A DNA stretch of 64,000 nt. It comes from an uncultured Chloroflexia bacterium. GTDB taxonomy: Bacteria; Chloroflexota; Anaerolineae; CG2-30-64-16. The stretch covers positions 256,001 through 320,000 of the forward strand of contig CAWEMM010000012.1 of assembly GCA_963810095.1 (NCBI GenBank), read 5' to 3'. Within the stretch, counting starts at the first letter, position 1, and every line of letters begins with the position of its first letter. Below, piece after piece: positions 1 to 11,800 of the stretch. Made by a program: the position numbers and the translations under genes. The notes below the pieces were generated by a model. That model saw only the letters and a program-made list of their open reading frames with translations. It was not told where the DNA came from and did no database searches.

Positions 1-183
1 TGTGTTACTCTTGATCATATCCTTCCCTGGTGCCCGGTTCCCCGGAATGATCCGGCCCGAGCCAGGCATTGGCTTTCGCACTCAGGCCTGGAACGTCTGG
101 ATGGTTCCCGCATGGTGGTTGTGGTGCGTTGCCGTGGATAAAGGCGTTGCCAAGGTATCATTAGGCAGGAAATCTGCAGCAGT

Positions 184-1797
184 GTGAGAGGAATGCGAAG
201 AGTGACGAAAACCAACGCTACAGTGAGCAAATCGATCTTAGCCCGCACCCCACCCATTGCTCTGCTTGACGCCTCCGTCCTATGTCTTGGACTAGCCGTC
301 CTGTTTCTTTTCGCTGCAGGAACGATGGCTGACCTCGACTTATGGGGGCACCTGCGCTTCGGGCTCGATTTTCTGGCGACTGGTCACCTGGATCGGGTCG
401 ACCCGTATTCCTACACCGCCGCCGGCCAACCTTGGGTTAACCACGAGTGGCTGGCCGAGGTCGTCGCCGCCGCGTTCTATCGCTCGTTGGGTGCCGCTGG
501 ACTCATGCTTCTAAAAGTGCTGCTTGCAGCCCTGATCGGCGCCGCGATGTTCATGGGTCTCAGACAAGAAGGCCTGGCCCCATTGCGTTCTTGGCTTGTG
601 GTTTCAATTTCTCTTGCGACGTTGATGATGGGCGTGGTGACTCTGCGGCCGCATCTCTTCACCTTCTTAGCATTTGCCCTGCTCCTGCTAATCCTGATCC
701 GCGCTGACGCGGCCGGCCCCGTTGGCTGCTGGCGCTGCCTGTGCTTTTTGCAGTATGGTCAAACCTTCACGGGGGCTTTCTTGCAGGTCTCGCTATCGTA
801 GGCGCATGGCTCTTCAGTTACCTCCTCGCGGCAGCAGTCCCAAAATACAAAGAGGCCCAGCAACCTCACCTACCGCTGTGGATCGTTGCCTTGACAAGTC
901 TCGGTTGTGCGTTGGCCACACTGATTAACCCTTACGGCCCGGAACTCCTTTCCTTCTTACTGCGAACGGCTACCGTCTCGCGGCCTGAGATCACTGAATG
1001 GCAGCCCTTCGATCTTACGTCGCCTCCTGGGGCGATCTATCTGCTGGTGTTAGCGCTGGGAATAATCGCGATCGGCCGTACTCGAGAGAGACGCAGGCCG
1101 CTGACGATAGTTCTGTTTGCCGGGATGGCGCTGGCGCCCCTGGTCGCCGTCAGGCACACACCACTCTTTGCAATCGCGACTGTGCTCCTCCTGACAGAAC
1201 ACATCAGAAGTGCTTGGCCGCAGGCCCGCACGCGAGGCGCAGCAAGCCCGGCTTCGGGTCCGGTTGTGTGGATCTTGGCAGTCGTCACGTTCCTGGGGGC
1301 GTCGCAATCTTCGGGGTCTCCGCCTCCAGGGCGAACTGCCTCTCGATAGATCAAGCCTTCTACCCGGTGCGGGCAGTCCAGTTGCTTGAACAAACATCCG
1401 GCCCTCTGAACCTCGCAGTTCATTTCAATTGGGGCGAGTATGTTATCTGGCATCTCGGGCCCCACGTCAAAGTATCCATCGACGGCCGCCGAGAGACCGT
1501 CTACGCGTCCGAAATCTATCGCCAGAACAGCGACTTCATGACAGGCCACGGAGAATGGGATCGCATCCTGACTGAATACAACACCGATACGGTGCTCGTG
1601 CCTTCTCGGGGGCCGGCTGCGAACCTGCTGCGCCTTTCCCGGGCTGGCGGACTGTGGTGGATGATGGAACAGGCGCATTGTTTGTGAAGGCTTCCAGTCC
1701 GGCCAGCAAGGCCCTTGCCACTACCAAGGGTGAGTCTGCGGCGGCTGAGTCCTCGGCTTGTTTTCCATCCGTACCACGCCTTGACGATAACAGGTGA
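184..1797 (+). CDS. Polytopic membrane protein, GT-C/ArnT-like putative glycosyltransferase (frameshifted)
   Basis: Joins ORFs 184-801, 741-1349, 998-1687 plus a tail ending at TGA 1795-1797. Motifs DLDLWGHLRFG..DPYSYT..WVNHEWL, LRPHLFT, WSNLHGGF, INPYG, EITEWQP, FNWGEY..IDGR; many TM segments. Confidence 0.6.
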
Positions 1798-2461
1798 CAA
1801 TCGAACGATCTCTCTCATTGACTGCTAAGTACACTGTGATACAAGTAACTAAGCTGTCCGCTGGCCGGAGCCCTTGATCGCGCGACTGCCACCCTCCGCG
1901 GCCGTCATGGCTTGCACCGTCGAGAGGCTTCCGGATGGCGCCTCGGAGACGTACTTCCGTGCCGCTCGGAGACATATTAGTCCGCATCGACGGACGCTCC
2001 GTAGAGGTACGTGAAGTCTCCCACCGCGCGGCGGGCCAAGATGGTCCAGGTTGCCTCGTGGGATACGGCCTGCTCGCCCTACTCCTTCGCGGGTGGCCGC
2101 TGCGCTCCTAACGCGTGGACCTCGTGCGTCAGGTCTTATTCGCACTCAGCTTGCCGCAGTGGCTGTTATTGTAGCGCTACCGCGCTCAGCAATGCTGCTT
2201 GGCTTCACTCACGGCCGGCGACACAGGGAGAGCAAGCGTCGTACGTCTACGTCGCAAAGCGCAGCGCCATGGATACTGCGGGGCTGCGTCGGGTGAGCCC
2301 GATCATGCCCGGCGATTGTTGCACGCTACTGCGCGGAGTATCTGGACAAGACAAGCGTCATGCGCTGCGGTTCGAGAACGACGATGCGGCCATCTACGAG
2401 GCAATCGATCCGCAACGCGCGGCCTCGTGCGGAATCTGCATACCGGCACTCGTGTCCAAAG

Positions 2462-3345
2462 GTGAATCGCATCGAGACAATGATGCTGCCGTCGCCTTAC
2501 TTATCGACGACACAGGACTGCATCCGGAGGATGGGCCTACACGATCGGGTGCGGTTCCAGTCGTCGAGCCCACGGCCGCCGCTGTGCTCGCGCTCAGAGA
2601 CGGGCAGACGCCCGCGGCGACTCTGGAGAAGGCCGATGGCCTGGCTGAGGGGCTACAGCACCCGGACGGCGGCTGGGGCATGAGTGCGGAGGACGGCGAG
2701 AGCGGCTGGCACACGGCCTGGGCGATGCTGGCGCTGCGCAGGGCAGGAGGAGCGGCCGAGCCGCTGCATCGGCGCGGCCGAGTGGCTGCTGGCGGATCCC
2801 GTTTTTCAGAGCCAGGGTGACGAGATGCAGGCGGAGGCCCAGGAGCAGCTTGCCATCGACATCGCGTTGCGGGGCTGGCCTGGCTGCCCGGTCAGGCCGA
2901 GCTGGGTCGAGCCCACGGCGCTCGCGATCCTGGCACTTGACTCGGCTTGCCGACGACCCCAGCGCTTCGGCGCACGCGTCCAGGAGGCGGTCGACGTACC
3001 TGGTCGACCGCCGCTGTCACGCCGGTGGGGCTGGAACTTCGGCAACCCGGTCATGCTCGGCGCGGCGCTGCCGCCTCGCGCCCACACGACGGCGGTTACC
3101 CTGCTGGCGCTGGCCGAACGGCGGTGGCACAAGAGTCGAAGCCGGCGACATCGCGGCGCTGCGCCGGCAAATGGCTGCGCGAAGGCGGCGCGCTGGCGTT
3201 GGCATGGGGCCTGCTCGCGCTCAAGGTGCTCGGCGAGACGGTGGCCGGCATTCCGGCGCGGCTGGCAGCCTGCAGCGGAGGATGGGCGCTGGAACGGAAA
3301 CCCGTATCACACGGCGATGGCGCTGCTGGCAGAAAGGAGGGCCTG
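2462..3345 (+). CDS. Prenyltransferase/squalene-cyclase repeat (alpha/alpha barrel) protein (frameshifted)
   Basis: QW-like repeats LQHPDGGWG, VEPTAAAVLAL, WVEPTALAILAL, GWNFGNPVM, DGRWNGNPYHTAMALLA across several frames. Confidence 0.7.
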
Positions 3346-4403
3346 TGGACGCACGGGTCGAGGGTCCGACAGCCGCCCCGCGAAGGAAATCACCGGCGCC
3401 GCAGGTGTTCTACGGCTGGCGGGGCTGGGCACGATTCGGCGGCGGAACTGCTCGCTCTGCTCAAGACGACCGAGCCCGTCGGCTTGGCCAACATGCTGCG
3501 CTGGACGGGCCGCGACCGGGTACTGGACTGGTTCGGCCGCGCCCGCCGTGGTCGGGCTGGTCGCGTGCCGCGTCCTATGCGGATGCCCTCAGCTGCCTGC
3601 GGGAGACCTGGCGCCTGGCGGCGATGCCGGATGTTGCGGGCAAGCGCGTGCTGGTCAAGCCGAACCTGATCGACGCCATCGAGGGCCATCCCGTCGACGA
3701 CGGCGCCGCAGATGGTGGCGGCGGTGGTCGACTTGCTGCAGGAGCTCGGCGCGGGCGAGATCGCGGTCGGCGACGGGCCCGGCTTCCACCGCGAAGCAGA
3801 GTCCGTCGCACGAGCTGTCGGCCTTGCCGCGGTCCTCTGGCGACCGCAAGCGTGCCCTTCGTCGACCTCAACTACGACGATCCCGCGCCGGTGCGGACGC
3901 AGGACGGCTGGTTTCGGAGCGAGCGCGCAGCTCTGGCTGCCCCGGCATGTGCGCGAGGCCGACCTGATCGTTTCCGTGCCCAAGCTCAAGACGCACCACT
4001 GGGCCGGCGTGACGCTGAGCCTGAAGAACCTGTTCGGCCTCGTGCCCGGCTGTCGCTACGGCTGGCCCAAGAACGTGCTGCATGTGCAATGGCATCGCGC
4101 CGAGCATCCTGGGCATCTACCAGACGGTGCGGACGGGTGGTGACGGTGGTGGATGGCATCGTCGGCATGGAGGGCGACGGGCCGCTGTTCGGCTCGCCGG
4201 TGCCCCACGGCTTGCTGGCGGTCTCGCGCGATCCGGTCGCCGCCGACATCACTTGCGCTGGTCTGATGGGGTTCGCCCTCGATGAGATCGCATACTTGAG
4301 CCTGGCAGGGGCGACGGGAATCGGCTCGACGGAGAATATAGAGGTGCGCGGCGCGGACCCGGCGGGGCTGCGCCGCACCTACGAACGGCCGCCGGCCGCG
4401 TAG
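3345..4403 (+). CDS. DUF362 domain protein (frameshifted)
   Basis: AGGAGG before GTG 3345; KRVLVKPNL, GDGPG, VPKLKTHHWAGVTLSLKNLFG, DGIVGMEGDGP, DPVAAD. Confidence 0.85.
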   Translation: MDARVEGPTAAPRRKSPAPQVFYGWRGWARFGGGTARSAQDDRARRLGQHAALDGPRPGTGLVRPRPPWSGWSRAASYADALSCLRETWRLAAMPDVAGKRVLVKPNLIDAIEGHPVDDGAADGGGGGRLAAGARRGRDRGRRRARLPPRSRVRRTSCRPCRGPLATASVPFVDLNYDDPAPVRTQDGWFRSERAALAAPACARGRPDRFRAQAQDAPLGRRDAEPEEPVRPRARLSLRLAQERAACAMASRRASWASTRRCGRVVTVVDGIVGMEGDGPLFGSPVPHGLLAVSRDPVAADITCAGLMGFALDEIAYLSLAGATGIGSTENIEVRGADPAGLRRTYERPPAA

Positions 4404-4598
4404 CGTCGTCTTCGCACCCGATTGCGGCCTGCGTGGTCCCGCACGAGGGTCTTGCCGAGGGTGATCTGAGTGACGGGGCACAGTTCGTTGTCAAACATTT
4501 GCGAACGGCAGAATTGACGCAACCTCTCCTTCATGCTATAAGAATCTTCGCCGCCCATCGCCGCCTCGCCGAATCCAACGTCCGTTACCTGAGGTCCC

Positions 4599-5499
4599 AT
4601 GCCGCTTGGCGGAGTCACAGTTCGCGCCGATTGGCAGGTTATCGAGAAACGCGAGCAATCTGAACGCGCCGCCCGGCGCGCAACCCTTCAGCTTGCGGTT
4701 ATCGCGTATGGACTGATCGCACTTGCGATCGTCGCACTGCCGGCCGCGGCTCGCCTGCTGCAGTTGTTCCAGGTCGCACTCTTCGCGGCCGCCTTCCTGT
4801 TCATGCCGCTCTTTACGACGGTCAAGGGCAGGGCAGGCGACCGCCGGACATTGGCGGTCACTATCGCGGCGTTGTGCTTGCGGTCGTCCTCGCGTCCTGA
4901 CCTCGCCGTTCATCGATAGTAATTCACCCCTTCCGTCCGGCCTCATCTCGCCCTGGTTCAGCCTGCTCATCCCGCCCGGCATGGTCGTGCTGCTCCACTG
5001 GATCACCCACCGCCACCCGGGCCTCTCGCACGAAATTGGGCTGACCCGGCGGGCCGCGCCCTACCAGGCCGCCATCGGCATCAGCCTCGGCGTTGCGCTG
5101 GGCCTCAACCTCTGGATCGTGGCCGGCGCCGTGCCCGGAGGCCCCCGCCCTGCTCTGCCGCCCCCAAGCACGCTGGCCTGGCTGCTGGCGACGGGAACTG
5201 CGTTGACCGCATTAGGGGAGGAGCTGACGCTGCGCGGCGTCTTGTTCCGCATGTTCGCGGCCGAATCACACGGGCTGCGCCTGTCGGTGTTCTTGCGCAT
5301 CGTCACGCTCGGTGCGCCGCTTTACATCGCGCCCGTCATGCTCAGCCTCCAAGCGCGTGCGATCCCGATGGGCCTGCTGTACGGCACGCTCTTTGGCGTC
5401 CTTGCCATCGTACTACGCGCGAGCCTGAGGAGCATTACCGCGTCGCTTGCCGCCAACGTCATGTTTAGCCTGTTCATGGCCCTGGTCGTTCTCGCATGA
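4599..5499 (+). CDS. CPBP/Abi (CAAX protease-like) membrane protein with degenerate active site
   Basis: Multi-TM; motif 1 GEELTLRG; motif 4 region SITASLAANVMFS lacks the usual His; stop overlaps kinase start (ATGA). Confidence 0.65.
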
Positions 5500-7865
5500 T
5501 CGACCTTCCCCGCGCCCCGCGCATCATCCCGCCGAGTCTCCGGACGGGATTTCCGCTGGCTGCGGGCGTCCTGGCCGCGCTGGCGATGGCGGCTCTCTAC
5601 ATCACGGCCGTTGCCGAACCTCGGTTGATCCCGTTCGCCCGACTGTTCGCGTTTCTCCCCGTCGGGCTCTCGTCCTATAGCCGCCGCAACTGGCTCCCCG
5701 GGCTATCCTACACGGCGCTCTTCGGCTTCACATTCATCTGGCAGGCGGGGTGGACCGCGTTCGCGGGCGACCCTCATGCCGATGTTGCCGGCGCACTCAG
5801 CTCATCCCTTCTGCTGCTCGGCACGTCGCTTGCGCTGCACAGCATTGCGGCGGCCCACGGCACCCGCGAGGCGCTGGCCGACGCTGCACGGGAGCGGGGA
5901 GAATTGCTCGAGCGAACCACGAGCCTCGACCGCGTCGCCTGGTTCGTGTCGCAGGAGGCCATGGCCGACCTGCGTGCCGAGGACGCGGGCCTGATGGTGC
6001 GCAACCCGGTCGATGAGCGGTGGGAGTTGTACACCCGGCAGACGATCGTGCCGGCAGCGCAGGAACCGATAGGTGGGCCGCTGCGCTTGACCGATTGGCT
6101 GGCCGGCCGCGAACGCGAGACCATCATCGACGATCTTTGGTCGGACAGGCGCTTCGAGGGGGACGACCGCTGGCGGTCGCTGCTTGCCAAGCCGCTGCGC
6201 GATCCCGGCGGCCGGCTGCTGGCCGTCCTCGTGCTGACGCACACGTATCCCGGCATGTTCGGACCGGAAGACATCACCGCGCTCGAGCGGCTGGCCGGGT
6301 CTGCCGAGACCGCACTCGGGCATGCCAGCGCCTACGAGCGGGCGGGTTGGGCGTCCGAGCGCCTGGCTCGGCAGCTCGCAGCCATCCAGAGAACCGCACG
6401 CGAGCTGAATGCGGAACTCCAGCCTGAAGCCATCGCCGGGCGAACACTTGACTGCGCGATGGAAATCACCGGCGCGGACGCGGGCGCGATTCTCGTCGAG
6501 GCCGGCGAGCTTCCGGCCGCTTGTGCGCAGCACGACGGGGGGCCTGGGCGACCCCTCGCGTCAACTGCTGCGCGCAGCTTCTGCCGAGACCCGAGCCAGC
6601 CTGGAAGAGGGCGAGGCGGATGGCCTGCTCCTCCCGTCCGCAGGCAGCCGGCTGCTTGCGCCCATCCGCCGGGAATCGCGACCGTTTGGCGCGATCGTAC
6701 TCGAAAGTGCCACGACGGGTGCGTTCAATAGTCAGGACGTGCAGGCAGTCACAAGTCTCACGAACCACGCCGCCGTGGCGCTCGAAAACGCCCGGCTCTT
6801 CGCTCAGATCCAGGCAGAACGGGAAAAGTCGCAGCAGATTGTGCTCAACATCGCCGACGGCGTGCTGACGCTGGACGCCAGTCGGCGCCTGACCAGCCTC
6901 AATCCCGCCGCCGAGCGCCTGGTGGGGCGGGCTGCCGGCGACGCGCTGGGCCAGGGCTTGTGCGAGCTGCTGGATTGCGGCGCAGAGGACTGCCCCGGGG
7001 CCTGTCTCCAGGCTGGAGAGGATCGTGTCCGGCGAGGAAGGCCTCGAGCGCCGCTGGCGGCGCAGATCAGACGACGAGACGGGTCCACTGCTGAAGCTGA
7101 GCGCAGGGCCCCTTCTCCTGCCCGAGCGTGGCGCGGTGGTCTTGCTCCACGACGTCACCCGCGAGGAGGAGTTGGCCCGGTTCCAACGCGAGCTGGTGTC
7201 GACCTTCTCCCACGAGCTGCGCTCGCCCGCTGGCAAACATCGACGCCGTGGCCGACCTGCTGCTGGCAGGCAGCGAACCGGAGCGGAACGGCCGCTGGCG
7301 CGAGATGCTCGAGCTGCTCAAGCAGCAGAGCCACCGCCTGGCGGGCCTGGCCGAGCGAACGCTGGACGTGGCCCGGCTGGACGACGGCCGCTGGCGCCTG
7401 GAGCCTCGGCCGCTGCCCGCAGCCAGGACGGCCGAGGAGGCCCTCGAGCGCTGGCGCTTGGGCTTGCCCGGTCACATGCTGTGCCTGGAGGCCGCGGCGG
7501 ACGCCGGCTGGGTCTGGGCCGACGAGGTGGCCGTCAACACCGTGCTGGATAACCTGATCGACAACGCGGCCAAGTATTCGCCTCCGGGCACCACGATCAA
7601 GGTCTGCGTGGGCGCGGGCGAGCCGGGTTTCGTCGCCTTCGCGGTGGAAGACCAGGGACCCGGCATCGCGCCCGAGCAACGGTCACGCGTGTTCCAGCGC
7701 TTCCGCCGGGGCGACGCAAGTGATTCGCAGCGTGTGTATGGCTATGGTCTGGGCCTCTACGTGTCCGAGCGCTTGGTTCAGGCCATGGGCGGGCGGATTT
7801 GGGTCGAGCCGGGACCGGTGGCAGGGAGCCGCTTTGTGTTTACGCTGCCGGTAAGAGAGGGGTAG
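5496..7865 (+). CDS. Membrane sensor histidine kinase with two GAF domains and PAS (frameshifted)
   Basis: N-terminal TMs; GAF motifs RSLLAKPL, AAVALENARLF; PAS IADGV..LNPAAERL; H-box FSHELRSP; N-box LDNLIDNAAKYS; G1 EDQGPGI; G2 GYGLGLYV. Confidence 0.9.
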
Positions 7866-7869
7866 TCAC

Positions 7870-8551
7870 GTGAAGCTCCTGGTAGTCGAGGACAACACCA
7901 CCCTCAACGACCTGATCTGCGAATACTGCAAGGGGCAGGGCTACGAAACGTTCGAGCGCGTCGACGGGCGAGGACGCGCTGAAGCTGGCCGAGATGTGTC
8001 AAGCCCGATCTCGTCCTGCTCGACGTGATGATGCCCGGCATGGACGGCTGGGAAGTGATCAAGCGCCTGCGAGGCACATCCGATGTGCCGGTGCTGTTCC
8101 TGACGGGCAAAGGCACGGGCGAAGATGTCGTCCAGGGTCTCAAGCTGGGCGCGGACGACTACATCAAGAAGCCGGTGAGCATGGAGGAGCTGGGACTGCG
8201 GGTTGCGGCTGTGCTCAGGCGCTCGAACCGGGAAGAGACGCCCCTTGCGCAGTTCGACGACGGCCATTTGCACATCGACATGGCGCGGCGGCTGGTGACC
8301 CTGGGGGGCAGCTCGTCAAGCTGACGCCGACCGAGTTCCGGTTGCTGAGCTATCTCGTGGCGAACCGCAGCCGGGCCGTGCCCCGCCAGGAGCTGCTCAC
8401 CGAGGTCTGGGGGCCTTCCTACGCCGAGGACGTTTCAAACCTGCAGGTCTACATCCGCTACCTGCGCGAGAAGCTGGACGACACGGGCGATCCGCCTCGG
8501 TATATCCACACGACCTGGGGGGTGGGCTACCGGTTCGGGTCGGGCAAATGA
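7870..8551 (+). CDS. OmpR/PhoB-family response regulator (frameshifted)
   Basis: [59 protein letters not shown]. Confidence 0.92.
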
Positions 8552-8577
8552 CCGGGTAATGGGCGGATTGTCACAGA

Positions 8578-8630
8578 GGATTTCTAAGAAATTCCAAAGG
8601 ATCATTTCAGTGGTGTCTCATGGTATAGTC
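8578..8630 (+). promoter_or_regulatory. Putative flp promoter: imperfect direct repeat plus extended -10
   Basis: ATTTCTAAG / AATTCCAAAG tandem about one helical turn apart, then TGGTATAGT; SD AAGGAG before ATG 8713. Confidence 0.45.
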
Positions 8631-8712
8631 TGGGCACAAAGGTAAGTCAATCCTGTATGAGTAATCCTGCTTAAGTAGAATTACCAACCGAACCACCAGA
8701 GAAGGAGACACC

Positions 8713-8932
8713 ATGTTGACCCAGTTCTACTTCAACGTCTACAACTACCTGAACAACCTGCTCCACCGCGAAGAGGGCCAGGACCTGGCGGAGTATGCGA
8801 TCCTGCTCGGCCTGATCGCGCTTGTCGGTAATCGCTGTGGTTACTGCTCTTGGCGGCCAGATCAGCAACTATCTTCAACGAACATCGGTACCACCTTGGC
8901 CAGCGCTGGTATTCCGGCCGGCGGACAGCTGA
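8713..8932 (+). CDS. flp: Flp family type IVc major pilin (frameshifted after hydrophobic helix)
   Basis: Leader ending REEG^QDLAEYAILLGLIALV (Flp G..EY motif), strong SD; 3' end approximate. Confidence 0.9.
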
Positions 8933-8970
8933 GTCACGCGACCGCGGCCCGTAGTGCGGAGGTTTCGCAG

Positions 8971-9016
8971 CGAGGGCGGGCACAGCCATGGGCGGCCCTG
9001 CCCTCGTGTGTCTTTC
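8971..9016 (+). terminator. Hairpin after flp (possible terminator/mRNA stabiliser)
   Basis: CGAGGGCGGGC...GCCCTGCCCTCG followed by TGTGTCTTT. Confidence 0.4.
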
Positions 9017-9094
9017 GTAGAAGTGTCGCGACGCGCATCGCCAGGAGACCTCCGGGCGACGTCGTGCGGCACCTGTTGGCAGTCGAGCAATCCT

Positions 9095-9125
9095 TTGACA
9101 CCCTGTGCGGCGGTCAGGCTATACT
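9095..9125 (+). promoter_or_regulatory. Putative sigma70 promoter for tadE-cpaB operon
   Basis: TTGACA 9095-9100 and TATACT 9120-9125; the 19-bp spacer is long, but the region is indel-prone. Confidence 0.4.
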
Positions 9126-9261
9126 CATAGAGTCGCTCAGAGATGGAGACCTGACCGCCCCGGTGTCTGACATGGCCACTCGTGCATTCGTTGTCCGGTC
9201 GTTTGGAGTTTCAACGATGATGATGGCTGTGCCTGACCTTCAGTACCGGCGTTGCACTAGG

Positions 9262-9680
9262 ATGCACGCGAGCGCGGGCAGGACCTGGCCGAGTTCGCCA
9301 TCGTGCTGCCCGTCCTGCTCCTGCTGATCCTCGGCATCATCGAGTTCGGCATCCTCGTTTACGACTACAACACGATCTCGAACGCGGCGCGCGAGGGCGC
9401 GCGCTACGGCATCGTACACCCAAGCACGAACGGTAACGGTACGTGCGCCGCGCCGGGAGCCAATAGCATTCTGACTGCGGCCTGTAACCTTACCACCGCC
9501 CTTGTGCCCGGGGAAGTAATCGTTACGACGACCAATTGTTCGAGCAACGGTCCCCTGGGGTGCCTGACGGTCGAGGTCACGTACGACGCATCGCTAATCA
9601 CCGCGCCCATCATCCAGGCGGTTGGGGGCTCGGGCACGATCACCATTACCACATCTGCAACCATGGACAAAGAACAATAA
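9262..9680 (+). CDS. tadE: TadE/TadG-like minor pilin
   Basis: ERG^QDLAEFAIVLPVLLLLILGIIEFG..NAAREGARYG; start approximate. Confidence 0.9.
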
Positions 9681-9689
9681 GGAGCACTT

Positions 9690-10478
9690 ATGGCACGCAC
9701 GCGCGGATGCATCTGGCTGGTTGCCGGCGTCATCGTCGCGCTGCTGGCGGGCGTCGTCGGCTTCGTCGCCCTCCGGGGCGCGCAGAACCAGCAGGCGCCG
9801 CAGGCCGCGCAGGCCGGCGGGCGCCACTGTCAAGGTGGTGACGGCGGCCCAGGCCGTGCCCATCCGCACGCTGCTCACAGACCAGATGCTGGCGGTCAAG
9901 GACATGCCCGTCCAGGTCGTGCCCGAGGCTACGTCGCCGACCCGGCGCAGGCGGTGGGCAAGATCGCGACCACCGAACTGGCGGCCGGCGAGATCCTGCT
10001 GGCCAGCCGGCTGGTCGATCCCGACGTGGTCGCGGCGAACGGACGAGATGGCGCTGGTGATGAACCGAGGACCAGGTGCTGCTGGCGTTCCCGGCGAACG
10101 ACCTGATGAACGGCCTGGGCGTCCTCAAGCCCGGCGACCACGTCGACCTGCTCTTCTCGATGACCTTCCCGGACCGGACCGGCGGGCGCGGAGGGCGAGA
10201 ACAAGGAACTGGTCGCATTCAACGCGCTGCAGAACGTGACGCTGGCCGCGATCGTCGGCGGGCAGCCGGACGAGAACGGCAATGCCGGCCAGGCGAAGGC
10301 GCTGCTCCTGACCATCACGCCGCAGGACGCGCTGACGCTGAAGTACCTGAAGGATGCCGGCGCGGTGATGGACGTCGTGCTGCGCGCTCCCGGCGCCGAG
10401 CAGCCGTTTGAGGTCGAGCCGGTGGACATGGACCGGCTGATCAACGAGTACCGGATTCCGGCGGCCATCGGGCGGTAA
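9690..10478 (+). CDS. cpaB: Flp pilus assembly protein CpaB/RcpC (frameshifted)
   Basis: N-terminal TM, SAF domain VVTAAQAVP..GKIATTELAAGEIL, LKPGDHVDLL, LTITPQDA, VVLRAPG. Confidence 0.88.
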
Positions 10479-10550
10479 TGCGATCGCGCAACGCTGCGAG
10501 CGTAACTCGATGCGGCCTGAGTAGTACGATCACGAGACGAGTGCGGAGGG

Positions 10551-11797
10551 ATGATTGGCTAGTCTGGTTCCCGGCGAGACGCTGCGGGTCCTGCTGGTCA
10601 GCACCGAAGAGGAAATGCGCGAGACGGTCGGCGACAGCCTGGCAAGGCTCGGCGGGCGACCACCGGCTCTACTGGGTGTCGCAGCCCGACCTCGCGCCCG
10701 GCCGCGCCAGCGACCTGATCCCGCACGTCATCCTGGTCGACGACGAGCTGGCGGGCGCCAGCGTGACCGGGCTCATCGGCCTGCTGGCCCAGCGCGCGCC
10801 GCGGGCCGCCATCCTGGCGCTGGTCGAGCCGCGCGAGCGTCAGCACGGCGCAGGCGGCCATGCTGGCCGGCGCCCGGGGCTTCCTCCTCAAGCCGCTCGA
10901 CGCGCGACGAGCTGGGCAACGCGCTGCGCCAGGTGCTGGCGCAGCGCGGACCCGACCGGCGTGCCGGACGCACCAGCCGCTCGTCTCCGGCCGGATCATT
11001 GCGTTCTGCGCGCCGAAGGGCGGCACCGGGCGCACCACCCTCGCCATCAACACGACGATCGCGCTCCAGCAGATCAGCAAGCGGGCGGCCGTCCTCGTGG
11101 ATGCCGACTACGCCGCGCCGGCGCTCGACGTCGCGCTGAACCTGGACTCCAGCCGCAACATCGTCGACCTGCTGCCCAAGCTCGCCCGGCTCGACGCCGA
11201 TCTCGTGTCGGGCGTGCTGGCCACGCACGCGTCGGGCATCCGGGTGCTGCTGGCCCCGCCCCCCGCCGACCTGACGCACCCGATCTCGCTGCCCCAGGTG
11301 CAGCAGGTGCTGGCAACGCTCAAGCGCATGTTCCCCTGGGTCGTGGTCGACCTCGGCCTGCCGATGGACGAGACGGCCTTCGCCTTCCTCGACAGCGCCG
11401 ACCGGATCGTCATGTCGGTGCTGCCCGAGATGGTCGGCCTGCGCAACACCCGCCTGATGCTGGACCAGCTGCACGAGCGGGGCTACCCCTCGGAGAAGAT
11501 CTGGCTGGTGCTGAACCGGGCGGACATGCGCGGCGGCGTCTCCGTGCCGGACATCGAGGAGCGGCTGCGCGATTCGCGTGCGCTACAAGATCCCCGACGA
11601 CCAGGCGCTGGCGACGTACAGCGTCAACCGGGGCGTGCCCGTTGATGATGAGCCACGGCGACAGCCGGCTGGCCAAGGCCGTCCGCGGCTTTGCGACCGA
11701 GCTGGCCCGCGAAGTGATGGGCCCGGACGCGCTCGACGAGCCGTCCAACGGGCTGTTCGCGCGCTTCCGCGGCCGCCCGGCGGCGGCGGAGTCCTGA
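10551..11797 (+). CDS. cpaE: CpaE/TadZ receiver + MinD/ParA-like ATPase (frameshifted)
   Basis: Degenerate receiver (AMLAGARGFLLKP), deviant Walker A PKGGTGRTT, VVVDL, LVLNR. Confidence 0.88.
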
Positions 11798-11800
11798 GCC

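Noticed and set aside
1800-2460. Gene between GT-C and prenyltransferase genes
   Set aside because: No recognisable motif in any frame; likely intergenic or too error-rich to call.
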